64,000 nt of DNA from a virus (lineage: Duplodnaviria; Caudoviricetes): IMG/VR virus record IMGVR_UViG_3300020112_001004, positions 48,403 through 112,402 of that record. One strand, written 5' to 3'. Under the pieces are notes generated by a model, which worked only from the letters and a program-made list of their open reading frames with translations, did not search any database and was not told where the DNA came from. Positions within the stretch are counted from its first letter, which is position 1; each line of letters begins with the position of its first letter. Shown here piece after piece: positions 1 to 9,059 of this stretch. A program made the translations under genes and the position numbers.

Positions 1-2
1 AA

Positions 3-1976
3 GTAGCAAGAGAATTAGATGACAGAAGTCAAGCAAGAGAAAGAATAGAAGTATTTTTTGGTTCAAGAGAACAATTTGAGCATGGATTGAAAGAATGTTT
101 GGCTAACGCCAGTGATGAAATAAATAATAATTTTGACAACGGGGTTGTTGTTGTGAAACTATCAGACGACCTCAAAACAATATCAGTATCTGATACTGGA
201 AGAGGTATTAATATAGAAGATGTAAATGAAGTAGGGAAGCCATATTACGATATATATTTTAGAACACTTTTTGGAGGAACTAAATTTGATAAAAGTCCAG
301 ATTCAAAAAATATAGGGGCTAACGGTTGTGGGACTTGCTGTCTGAATTATACAAGTGATTATTTTAGTGTAGAATCTATAAGAAATGGCAAAAAATATAC
401 TGTGACATTTGAAAATGGTGGAATATTAAAAGAACCAATGAAGATTGAAGATTGTGAAGGGCATGGTTCTACATTTACATTTAAATTAGACCCAACTATT
501 TATACTAATACAATTTATAATCCAGAAAGTGTAAAAGCAATAATTTCAAAAGTGTCTGGAGTTAATAATAAAATATTGTATAAATTTATACACCGAAACG
601 AGGAAATGGAGTTTCATTATTCTTCTTTTGAGGAATATTATATAAGTGAGTATGGAGAGGAAAATAAAATAGGGTTAACAACTAAAAATTATAAAACAGA
701 ATATGATAAGGAAGTTAAACAATTTGATGAAGAAACATTGACTTGGAACACAAAAACAGTGCACGTAATAGAAGATACCGAGATAACATGTATCTTAGGA
801 ATAAGAAAAGAGGGAGTAAACCAAGACGGGTATTTAAATGGTAATTATCTTCCTTTAGGTGGTACGATAAATGACGGTGTGTTAGAAGGGGTTGCTGAAT
901 TTACCAACAAGTATTGTAAAGACAATGCGTTATATAAAAAAACCGACAAGGGTATAAGAAGTAAAAATTTAGAATCTATATTAAGCTTTGCCGTGTCATT
1001 GAGTAATAGCATACCAGAGTTCCAATCTCAAACTAAGTTGCGTACTGAAAAGAAATTGTATAAAACTCTAGTAAAAGATTATATAAAAGAAAAGTTGCAA
1101 ATTTTTTCATTAGAAAACCAAGCAAGTTTTAACAAATTTGTGGAAACAATTCTTATATTTAACCGTGCAAATGAAAAAGCGAGTGCAGTGTTATCTGACG
1201 TTAAAAAGAGATTAGAAAAAGAATTAACAGCGAAAGAAAGAATAGCTATAAAGAATTATATGTCAGCTATAAACGACGAAGGAGACGCAGACCTTTATGT
1301 CGTTGAAGGAGGTTCAGCCGGTGGTGGTGTTATATCTGCCAGACTGAAAGAATCCCAAGCAATATTTTCAATCAAAGGTAAATCGTTAAATGTTTCCAAG
1401 AAAGATATAACTAAAATATTAAAAAATGAAGAAATTATGAATCTGTTTACTCTATTAGGATGTGGAATAGAATATAATGGTAAGAAAGCTAAAAATATGC
1501 CAGTTTTTAATATAGATAAATTAAGATTTAGATATATATACTTGTTTGCAGATTCCGACGAAGATGGCAAAGCAGTTAGAACATTACTTGTAAACGTGTT
1601 TAATACTTTAGCCCCAGAACTAATAAAACAGGGGAGGGTAAGAGTGGTATATGCTCCATTATATATTTATAGCACTAAAGAGAAAGATTATTATATATAC
1701 GACGAGAAAGACAAAGGTGAGTTAGAGGATAAATTAAAAAACGATGGAGTTAGATACACCAGAAAAAGATTTAAAGGAATAGGTTCATTAAATTCTAGGG
1801 AATTGCACGAGAGCACAATGAACAATCCCAATAGACCAGAAGTTGTTTTGACTTTAGAAGATGCTGAAAAGACCAACGAGTTATTGGATAATTGGTTTAC
1901 TGACGGAGGTTTACAATACAGAAAAGATTCTATCATAAAATATGCCAAAGAATTTAAAATTTCTGATTTAGAATAA
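3..1976 (+). CDS. gyrB: Type IIA DNA topoisomerase B subunit (GyrB/ParE-like), 5'-truncated by window
   Basis: Frame is open from base 3 (VARELDDRSQARERIEVFFGS..). GHKL motifs ExxxNAxDE, DTGRG, GGTKF, GANGCG; Toprim EGGSA and DSDEDG; RFKGIG. Confidence 0.93.
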   Translation, partial: VARELDDRSQARERIEVFFGSREQFEHGLKECLANASDEINNNFDNGVVVVKLSDDLKTISVSDTGRGINIEDVNEVGKPYYDIYFRTLFGGTKFDKSPDSKNIGANGCGTCCLNYTSDYFSVESIRNGKKYTVTFENGGILKEPMKIEDCEGHGSTFTFKLDPTIYTNTIYNPESVKAIISKVSGVNNKILYKFIHRNEEMEFHYSSFEEYYISEYGEENKIGLTTKNYKTEYDKEVKQFDEETLTWNTKTVHVIEDTEITCILGIRKEGVNQDGYLNGNYLPLGGTINDGVLEGVAEFTNKYCKDNALYKKTDKGIRSKNLESILSFAVSLSNSIPEFQSQTKLRTEKKLYKTLVKDYIKEKLQIFSLENQASFNKFVETILIFNRANEKASAVLSDVKKRLEKELTAKERIAIKNYMSAINDEGDADLYVVEGGSAGGGVISARLKESQAIFSIKGKSLNVSKKDITKILKNEEIMNLFTLLGCGIEYNGKKAKNMPVFNIDKLRFRYIYLFADSDEDGKAVRTLLVNVFNTLAPELIKQGRVRVVYAPLYIYSTKEKDYYIYDEKDKGELEDKLKNDGVRYTRKRFKGIGSLNSRELHESTMNNPNRPEVVLTLEDAEKTNELLDNWFTDGGLQYRKDSIIKYAKEFKISDLE

Positions 1977-2003
1977 TATAAAGATTAAGCAATAATGCGA
2001 CTT

Positions 2004-2036
2004 GTAGAGAGTGTAGACCACTCTCTATTCTTTTTT
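2004..2036 (+). terminator. Probable intrinsic terminator after gyrB
   Basis: agagagtg-tagac-cactctct stem followed by T-run. Confidence 0.65.
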
Positions 2037-2075
2037 ATTTTGGGTGATTAATAAGTGATAAATGCGTCATTAAAA

Positions 2076-2113
2076 GTAACAATTTAAAACGAGTTGATAA
2101 TAATATAATATAA
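2076..2113 (+). promoter_or_regulatory. Repeated promoter-like element GTAACAAwTTAAAA-N-TGATAATAATATAATATAA (first copy)
   Basis: Further copies on + at ~3610, ~5691, ~6446, ~8821 and on - at ~50781-50820, ~51738-51777, ~54451-54488, ~57877-57914, ~59392-59428, ~60378-60417, ~61361-61400, ~61874-61913, ~62322-62360, ~62842-62879; each lies upstream of a gene in sense orientation. Confidence 0.7.
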
Positions 2114-2136
2114 AATAAAATTAGGAGTGTGGAGAA

Positions 2137-2400
2137 GTGAAAAAACTAAAATATGCATTAATTGCTGGTATTGGCATTTGTGTTGGCTTAGGTATTGGAA
2201 TCGGAGTTGGTATGATGACTGGAGGAAAAGTCTATAAAGAACACAAAGAAGAAAACAGAGATGGGGTTATATATTCAATAGACGAGTATAGCTATTTCTC
2301 TAAAGATGGTAATTGGTCTAAACATGTCTATGAAGAAGTGAAAGATGAAAATAGTGTTAAGATATTATATGACAAAATAACCACCGAAGAGAAAGAGTGA
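2137..2400 (+). CDS. Hypothetical protein with N-terminal membrane anchor/signal
   Basis: RBS aggag; MKK followed by a Gly-rich hydrophobic segment. Confidence 0.75.
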   Translation: MKKLKYALIAGIGICVGLGIGIGVGMMTGGKVYKEHKEENRDGVIYSIDEYSYFSKDGNWSKHVYEEVKDENSVKILYDKITTEEKE

Positions 2401-2428
2401 ATGTAGATTTAAATATGGGGGTGTTAAT

Positions 2429-3613
2429 ATGGGAATAGTAAGAACTATACTACTATATTTACAATATTACTTATTAGGTAGTTTTATTGTCAGTTTAATA
2501 ATTTCTTTAATAGGAATTAAAAAACCAAAGAAGATATACTATAGGTCTTTTGAAGAGAAAAATTCTTATCTTATATTAATACCAGCCCATAATGAAGAAC
2601 AGGTTATAGAAAAAAATTTAGATAAAATATATAATTGTAGTTACGATAGAAGAAAATTAAGAGTCGTAGTATGTTGCGATAATTGCACGGATAACACTAT
2701 AAAGGTAGTAAAAAGGTTTGCAAATTCTCACGAAGATTTAGATATAATAACCACAGAGGTGAACGGTGGGACTAAAGGTAAGAATTTAGAGTTAAGTGTT
2801 GAATGGCTTATAGAACATGGGTTATATGATAAAGACAATGTGGTTGTAATAGATGCAGATAATAATATATCTAGCACAATGTTTAATTGTTTTAATTACT
2901 GGAACATTAAAGGAGAAAAAATAGTACAAGTCGCAATAAGAAGTTTAAACGAAGAGAGTTTTATAGCAAAAGGATTCACGGCTTCTTTCTCCTCAATGAA
3001 TGTAGGACACCAATTGGCTAGAATGAGATTAGGTTTATCTGGGTCTTTGTGTGGAACATGTTTTTCAGTGGAGAGAGAATTGTTTTTAAAAGAATTTTTA
3101 AAATGCCAATCTTTAACAGAAGATTTAGAGGCATCAATAGAATGTATATGCAAAGGATATAAAATAAAATTTGACATAAATGAATACGTATTAAATGAGA
3201 ATCTTGATAAATTAAAACCAGCAAATAAGCAAAGAATAAGATGGAACAAAGGTCATATAAATGTAATGTTAACAAAATCCATAAAACTAATGAAATATTT
3301 TTTTAAAAATCCAGTACAAGCCATAGATAGTTTACATTTCATAACTTCGCCCCTAAGATACGTTTTGTTTGTAGTAGGGGTTGTCCTAGGAGTGGTTGTT
3401 AAACCGGTTATTAGTAAGAACATTTTAATAATATCCCTATTATCCTTAATAATATATTTGTTGCATACATTGTATTGTGTAAACTTTAAGATAAGATATT
3501 TATTACCTAGTATTTGGTATAGCATAACTATGATATATTGTATGATGGTGGCAGTGTTTGACTATAGAAATAAAACTTGGGCGAAAACAAAGCATGTTGG
3601 TCAACAAGGGTAA
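2429..3613 (+). CDS. Membrane glycosyltransferase family 2 (processive, cellulose-synthase-like motifs)
   Basis: LIPAHNEE, DNCTD, IDAD, LTED, QRIRW motifs; N- and C-terminal TM helices. Confidence 0.9.
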   Translation: MGIVRTILLYLQYYLLGSFIVSLIISLIGIKKPKKIYYRSFEEKNSYLILIPAHNEEQVIEKNLDKIYNCSYDRRKLRVVVCCDNCTDNTIKVVKRFANSHEDLDIITTEVNGGTKGKNLELSVEWLIEHGLYDKDNVVVIDADNNISSTMFNCFNYWNIKGEKIVQVAIRSLNEESFIAKGFTASFSSMNVGHQLARMRLGLSGSLCGTCFSVERELFLKEFLKCQSLTEDLEASIECICKGYKIKFDINEYVLNENLDKLKPANKQRIRWNKGHINVMLTKSIKLMKYFFKNPVQAIDSLHFITSPLRYVLFVVGVVLGVVVKPVISKNILIISLLSLIIYLLHTLYCVNFKIRYLLPSIWYSITMIYCMMVAVFDYRNKTWAKTKHVGQQG

Positions 3614-3664
3614 CAATTTAAAACGAGTTGGTAATAATGTAATATAAATAATTTGGAGGTTGAA

Positions 3665-5215
3665 ATGAATAGAAAACAAGAAACATTTAATTCAGTAAAC
3701 GAAAATATAAAAGCATTAGCAAGTTTATTTCCATCAGCAGTTAAAGATGGACAAGTAGATTTTGAAGCGCTAAAAGAGGAGTTAGGTCAATTTGAAGAAG
3801 TTGAAAAAGAAAAGTATGAATTAATGTGGTCTGGAAAACAGAACGCTAAAAAACAAGCACAACAAGAAGTTTTAGGAAAGACATTAAAGTATGTACCAGA
3901 AGACAGCAAAAACCCAGAAACAACAGAAAATCTTTATATAGAAGGAGATAACCTAGAGGTATTAAAACTTTTAAGACAAGACTATTATAGTTCTATAAGG
4001 ATAATTTATATTGACCCACCTTATAATACTGGAAACGATTTTGTGTATAATGATAATTTTTCAATGGCTAAAGGAGAAAGTGATATTGCAGAGGGGAATA
4101 CTTCAGACTTAGGTGAAAGGTGTATAGCAAACAAAGACACCAACAACAAATGTCATGCAAATTGGCTTAATATGATATACCCAAGACTTAAAATTGCTAG
4201 GGACTTATTAACAGATGACGGTGTTATATTTATATCTATTGACGATAGTGAACAAGATAGCTTGAAAAAAATTTGTAATGAAATATTTGGTGAAGAAAAT
4301 TTTGTAGGAACATTTTTAAGAAAAACTTCATATGGGGAAAAAACAGCCAAACCTAAAATTAATAGACATCATGAGTATCTTTATATTTATTCAAAAAATA
4401 TCAGTACTTTATCACAATGTGATATTATACACGGAAAGAAAAAGACATTTTCTGATTATAGCAATCCAGACAATGACCCTAATGGGGATTGGAAAAAAGA
4501 TTCTTATTTGATAAAAATTGATACAGGGAGACAAGGATTGGCAAGATATAAAATAACAAATCCTTATCTAAATATAACCCATTATCCACCAGTTTATTAT
4601 AATGAATCAAACAGAAAACAATGGCATTATGTGGAAGAAACTTTCAATAGAATGGTAAGTGAGGGTAGGGTTGTATTCTATAAAACAAAAGAAGAAATGG
4701 GTAATAGTGAATATAGTTTTTTCATAAAAAAATATAAGAAAGATGTTAATGAAATATATAATAATTTGAGTACTATTGAATTTATAGATAATGATTTTAT
4801 TAATGCTAAAGGTACAGATAGTTTAAAAACTCTTTTTGCCGATGTTAATGTTTTTAGCAATTCTTATCCTAAACCTTTAACTTTTATAAAAAAAATAATT
4901 ACTTCAATAAAAGAAAATGAAAACTCAATAATACTAGATTTTTTCAGTGGCTCTTCAACTACAGCACACGCAGTTATGCAACTTAATGCAGAGGATGGTG
5001 GTAATCGTAAATTTATAATGGTTCAACTTCCAGAAGAAACTTCTAAGGAATCGGAGGCTTATAAAGCTGGATATAAAAATATCTGTGAAATTGGCAAAGA
5101 GCGTATTAGACGTGCTGGTGAAAAGATAAAAGAAGAAAACAAGGATAAAGAGGGAATAGAGGGTTTAGATATAGGTTTTAAGGTATTTAGAGTGGAGGAT
5201 AGTGAAAATGAATAA
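3665..5215 (+). CDS. Adenine-specific DNA methyltransferase, type III Mod-like (orphan)
   Basis: YIEGDNLE, IDPPY, FISIDD, YPKP, LDFFSGSSTT; RBS ggagg favours ATG at 3665; no res gene adjacent. Confidence 0.92.
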   Translation: MNRKQETFNSVNENIKALASLFPSAVKDGQVDFEALKEELGQFEEVEKEKYELMWSGKQNAKKQAQQEVLGKTLKYVPEDSKNPETTENLYIEGDNLEVLKLLRQDYYSSIRIIYIDPPYNTGNDFVYNDNFSMAKGESDIAEGNTSDLGERCIANKDTNNKCHANWLNMIYPRLKIARDLLTDDGVIFISIDDSEQDSLKKICNEIFGEENFVGTFLRKTSYGEKTAKPKINRHHEYLYIYSKNISTLSQCDIIHGKKKTFSDYSNPDNDPNGDWKKDSYLIKIDTGRQGLARYKITNPYLNITHYPPVYYNESNRKQWHYVEETFNRMVSEGRVVFYKTKEEMGNSEYSFFIKKYKKDVNEIYNNLSTIEFIDNDFINAKGTDSLKTLFADVNVFSNSYPKPLTFIKKIITSIKENENSIILDFFSGSSTTAHAVMQLNAEDGGNRKFIMVQLPEETSKESEAYKAGYKNICEIGKERIRRAGEKIKEENKDKEGIEGLDIGFKVFRVEDSENE

Positions 5216-5702
5216 TATAAAGTTTAAACAAACAATGAGATTTTATGGAGAGCCAAAGCTTAAAAAACCTGTTGAGTTAAAAGGAGTAAAGAAAAACTTT
5301 TCGGTAGATTATATACCTAAAAAATGTAAGTGCGACGTATATATAGTAGGTAATAATATATGGGTAATGCATAGGGATTATTTTAGCCCTAGCCTAGAAC
5401 TAAAAGAAGAAGATATAGGTGCTCCATTAAGTGTGTTATGTGAAAAGTATTTGGAAAAAAACAGGGGTAAAAAATTTGTATATGATGACGCTTGGGGTGA
5501 TATAGTCCTTAAAAACGAGGCTTGGATATGTATAGAAAACGTAGTTGAGTTTGCTAAAAATAACTTGCCATACAAAACAGTTTCAGAGGTTATTTCTCAA
5601 CAGGAAAGAATAAATGGATTTGAAGAATATGAATTGGTGGGGACATGTATGGAAAGAATGTGGGAAAGTATATTTGCTAGAATTTACAAGGTAACAATTT
5701 AA
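5202..5702 (+). CDS. Hypothetical protein
   Basis: Overlaps MTase stop, RBS ggagg; no recognised motif. Confidence 0.75.
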   Translation: MKMNNIKFKQTMRFYGEPKLKKPVELKGVKKNFSVDYIPKKCKCDVYIVGNNIWVMHRDYFSPSLELKEEDIGAPLSVLCEKYLEKNRGKKFVYDDAWGDIVLKNEAWICIENVVEFAKNNLPYKTVSEVISQQERINGFEEYELVGTCMERMWESIFARIYKVTI

Positions 5703-5793
5703 AACGAGCTGATAATAATATAATATAAGGAGGAGTAATCCCCCTAGTACATACTTGCCTAAAGGTGGGTAAATAATTTAAGGGAGATTAATA

Positions 5794-6426
5794 ATGGGAG
5801 TCAAAGAAATAAATCAATTAATAGCCAAACTCGAGGACGAGTTTAACGCTACAGAGAGAGCCACGCCAAGGAAGTATGATTCTGATTGGAAGCTTCACCT
5901 TGTAGTAGAGAAATATTACTATGTCAACTGTAGATTAAGAGATATTATAACCACTGAGGAAGGGTTAAGAGAGGCTTATTATCAAGTATATCTGAAGTTG
6001 TTTTCTATTTATCTAAAGCGTTTAGTCAAAAAGAACTATAGTGGATTACTATACGAGATAAAATATCTTTGTTGGGTTATTGAGTTTAAGAATGATTTTT
6101 TTGTTGAGAATTGTTGCTCCAGAAAGGGCGTTCTTTGGGTTGTCAAATATAATAATCCTACTAATTACTTAACCAAAGAGCATGGTTACTGTGGTTATGA
6201 TATAACTAGAACACCTTCGGATTACTCGGAGGATATTCTAAAGGAAGCAGTCCAAGTGGTTTATAGTATGATTGGTGGACAGTTTGATAAACAAGTATAT
6301 AAGGATAAAGCAGTGTTAGAACAACCTACAGAGGAGGGATGGCATAAACTTGTCATGTATTGTTTAGATTATTTCCAAGAGGGGAAATTAAAAGACGAAT
6401 TATACCTTGAGTGCATGTTAAGTTAA
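5794..6426 (+). CDS. Hypothetical protein
   Basis: RBS gggag; preceded by repeated promoter-like element; C-terminus YLECML. Confidence 0.75.
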   Translation: MGVKEINQLIAKLEDEFNATERATPRKYDSDWKLHLVVEKYYYVNCRLRDIITTEEGLREAYYQVYLKLFSIYLKRLVKKNYSGLLYEIKYLCWVIEFKNDFFVENCCSRKGVLWVVKYNNPTNYLTKEHGYCGYDITRTPSDYSEDILKEAVQVVYSMIGGQFDKQVYKDKAVLEQPTEEGWHKLVMYCLDYFQEGKLKDELYLECMLS

Positions 6427-6544
6427 TAGCCTACGGTGTCGATAGGTAACAATTTAAAATAAGTTGATAATAATATAATATAAGGAGGAGCAATCCTCCA
6501 GTACATATCTGCTTTTAGCAGATAATAATTCAAGGAGTGATTAT

Positions 6545-8764
6545 ATGGATAATAATAATAATTTAATTTATATTGAAGCTGGGGAGTTCGTAGATGAACA
6601 ACAAAGGGAATTCTCGACCTACACCACAATCCAAAGAGGATTGCCACAATTAGAAGATGGGTTGTTACCAGTTCAGAGAAAAATAGTTTATGGTATGTAC
6701 AAATCCAAGTTTAATTCTAAAAATAAATTTCATAAGTCCAATGAGCTAGTTGCGTCAGCGATGAGATACTATACGCATGGAGATACTGGATTGTATTTAG
6801 CAATATCTAAATTAACAAGTGGATATGAAGGGTTGTTATACCCTCTAGTAATCTCACACGGTATTTTTGGTAAAGCGTATAGCACAGCACCACCTAGTGC
6901 GATGAGATATACTTCTGGTAAACTATCTTCTTTTACAGAGGACGTTATGTTATCAGAATTATCTAAGAACTGTGTAGAATTTATATTAGATGAAGAAGAT
7001 TCTTTATCCCAACCTGTTACACTTCCTTCAGTAATACCGTATATATTGTTAAGAAGTGGTTTAGCTTTAGCTACGGGTTTTAACTCCATATTCCCAAGCT
7101 ATAATTTAAAAGATTTAGTGGAGGCAACTAAAAAACTAATAGATAACCCAACCGAGGACGTGTTAAATCTTTTAGTGCCAGATTTTACAACCAAGGGTAA
7201 ATTAATAAGAAATAAATCAGAATTAAGAAAAATATATGATACTGGTAAAGGGTCTATTGTCCTTCAATCAAGGTATGAATTTGACCCTAAGCAAAATGCT
7301 ATAATAATAACAGAAATACCTTATAGTCCAATGATTAACAAAGAATCTTTGATACAAGAACTGGTAGATAAGATGGATAAGTATAAAGATATAATTGATA
7401 TAAAAGACGCTTCTGAATATGATGCCGTGAGCGATGAAGCCAAACTAGGGATAATGATTAAAGTTAAAAAAGGAGCCAACGTAGATTTGTTAATGAGAAG
7501 ATTATTTAAAGCAACAAAACTTCAATCTTCTTTTGGAGTGAATCAAACCCTACTTGTTGATTTTCAACCTACGACATTAGGGACAAAAGATATAATATTG
7601 AAATGGGTAGAACAAAGAGTTAAAACTTTAAAAAAGGGTATTGAACATGATTTGAACCAAAAGAATAAAAGAATGCATGTACTTGAGGGGTTAAGAAAGA
7701 TTCTTCTAGATATAGATAAAGCTATTAAGGTTATAAGAAACACAGACAACGAAGTAGAGGAAGCTTTAGTTAAAGAGTTTGGAATAGATAAAGAACAAGC
7801 AGAGTTTATATCAAAAATACAACTAAAGAATATTAATAAGAAATATATTTTAAAACAACTTGAGGATATAGATAAACTTAAAGAAGAAATAAGTGGGATA
7901 GAAGAGTTATTGTCTAGCGATGAAAAGGTTAAAAAGCTTATTAAGGAACAAATGGACGAAGTTGTTAAAAAGTATAACAGACCACGTTTAACAGAGATTA
8001 TAGATTATGACGTTACTGATGACCTAGAAGAAAAACATGAGATAGAAGAATATAATTGTAAAGTTATGGTAACAAAACAAGGTTATATTAAGAAAACCAT
8101 TAAAGGTGGTAATCATAATATTAAAGATGGGGATAGTGTTGTAGAAGAGTTATCTTGTAAAAATAGTGACATTGTTTATATATTCACCAAAGAAGGGGCT
8201 AGGTATAGAGTTAAAGTTTGGGAATTAAATCTAAAGAAGCCTAGTGATATTGGAGAGTATATAATTAAAGATGGAGAAGTGACTTATGTATTCATAGTAG
8301 ATGAGTCAAAAGGTAAATTTATATCTGTTTATGGTAATGGTAAAGTGGCTTGTAGTCCTATTGAGTCTTATGCTAAAAAGAATAATAAAATAGTTAATTG
8401 CAAAAATGGTGAACAAGATTTAGTAGATATGTATTATATACAAAAGGATATGAATTTAGGATTAATCAATAAAAATGGTAGATTATTAATAATTGGAACT
8501 GAATTATTATCAATGCAAAAAGCCACCAATAGCCAAGGTGTAGTTGGTATAAATATCGACGACGAAATTGGAGAAGAAGTAGTTGGAGGCTTTTTGTTTG
8601 ACGAAGCTGTTAATTTAACAATTAACACAACAAAAGGCAAGGAGTATCATTTGGGGCTAGGAGCCAAAGCAATGAGTAAATATAAGAAGGGAAGAGGCTC
8701 AAAAGGTTCTTTTGTAAAAGACAGATGTGAAGTTGTAGATTTTAAAATAGAAAAAGATGAATAA
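6545..8764 (+). CDS. gyrA: Type IIA DNA topoisomerase A subunit (GyrA/ParC-like)
   Basis: RGLP..DGLLPVQRKI, HGD, catalytic AMRYT, PDF, ITEIPY; degenerate beta-pinwheel C-terminal repeats. Confidence 0.93.
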   Translation: MDNNNNLIYIEAGEFVDEQQREFSTYTTIQRGLPQLEDGLLPVQRKIVYGMYKSKFNSKNKFHKSNELVASAMRYYTHGDTGLYLAISKLTSGYEGLLYPLVISHGIFGKAYSTAPPSAMRYTSGKLSSFTEDVMLSELSKNCVEFILDEEDSLSQPVTLPSVIPYILLRSGLALATGFNSIFPSYNLKDLVEATKKLIDNPTEDVLNLLVPDFTTKGKLIRNKSELRKIYDTGKGSIVLQSRYEFDPKQNAIIITEIPYSPMINKESLIQELVDKMDKYKDIIDIKDASEYDAVSDEAKLGIMIKVKKGANVDLLMRRLFKATKLQSSFGVNQTLLVDFQPTTLGTKDIILKWVEQRVKTLKKGIEHDLNQKNKRMHVLEGLRKILLDIDKAIKVIRNTDNEVEEALVKEFGIDKEQAEFISKIQLKNINKKYILKQLEDIDKLKEEISGIEELLSSDEKVKKLIKEQMDEVVKKYNRPRLTEIIDYDVTDDLEEKHEIEEYNCKVMVTKQGYIKKTIKGGNHNIKDGDSVVEELSCKNSDIVYIFTKEGARYRVKVWELNLKKPSDIGEYIIKDGEVTYVFIVDESKGKFISVYGNGKVACSPIESYAKKNNKIVNCKNGEQDLVDMYYIQKDMNLGLINKNGRLLIIGTELLSMQKATNSQGVVGINIDDEIGEEVVGGFLFDEAVNLTINTTKGKEYHLGLGAKAMSKYKKGRGSKGSFVKDRCEVVDFKIEKDE

Positions 8765-8767
8765 TTT

Positions 8768-8794
8768 AAGGGGATTTAATCCCCTTATTTTTTT
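8768..8794 (+). terminator. Intrinsic terminator after gyrA
   Basis: aagggga-tttaa-tcccctt followed by T-run. Confidence 0.75.
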
Positions 8795-8877
8795 AATGAG
8801 AATAATTCTCATTAAAAAAAGTAACAAATAGTATAAATATGTATATAATATAATATAAAGATTAGGGGGTGTTTAGT

Positions 8878-9009
8878 ATGTTATTAATACTTTTACTTGG
8901 ATTTATGATATGTTGTGTGACATTTGTAGTAGTGGCTACATTGTCTTTCATAGTGTTGTGGGGTGTGGTTTTGTGGATTAAGTTTTTCTTGAGTAAATTG
9001 ATAAAATAG
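8878..9009 (+). CDS. Small 43-aa hydrophobic membrane peptide (not in ORF track)
   Basis: MLLILLLGFMICCVTFVVVATLSFIVLWGVVLWIKFFLSKLIK; RBS aggggg, promoter-like element at 8821. Confidence 0.65.
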   Translation: MLLILLLGFMICCVTFVVVATLSFIVLWGVVLWIKFFLSKLIK

Positions 9010-9037
9010 GGTTAGGTACTTAATAAGTACCCAACCC
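9009..9037. terminator. Stem-loop at convergence of + and - gene blocks
   Basis: gggttaggtactt-aat-aagtacccaaccc inverted repeat between convergent genes. Confidence 0.55.
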
Positions 9038-9059
9038 AACACTTGATTACCTTTCTAGA

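Noticed and set aside
2095-2113. Repeated TGATAATAATATAAT as a Fur box
   Set aside because: Only one half-site matches; there is no 7-1-7 symmetry.
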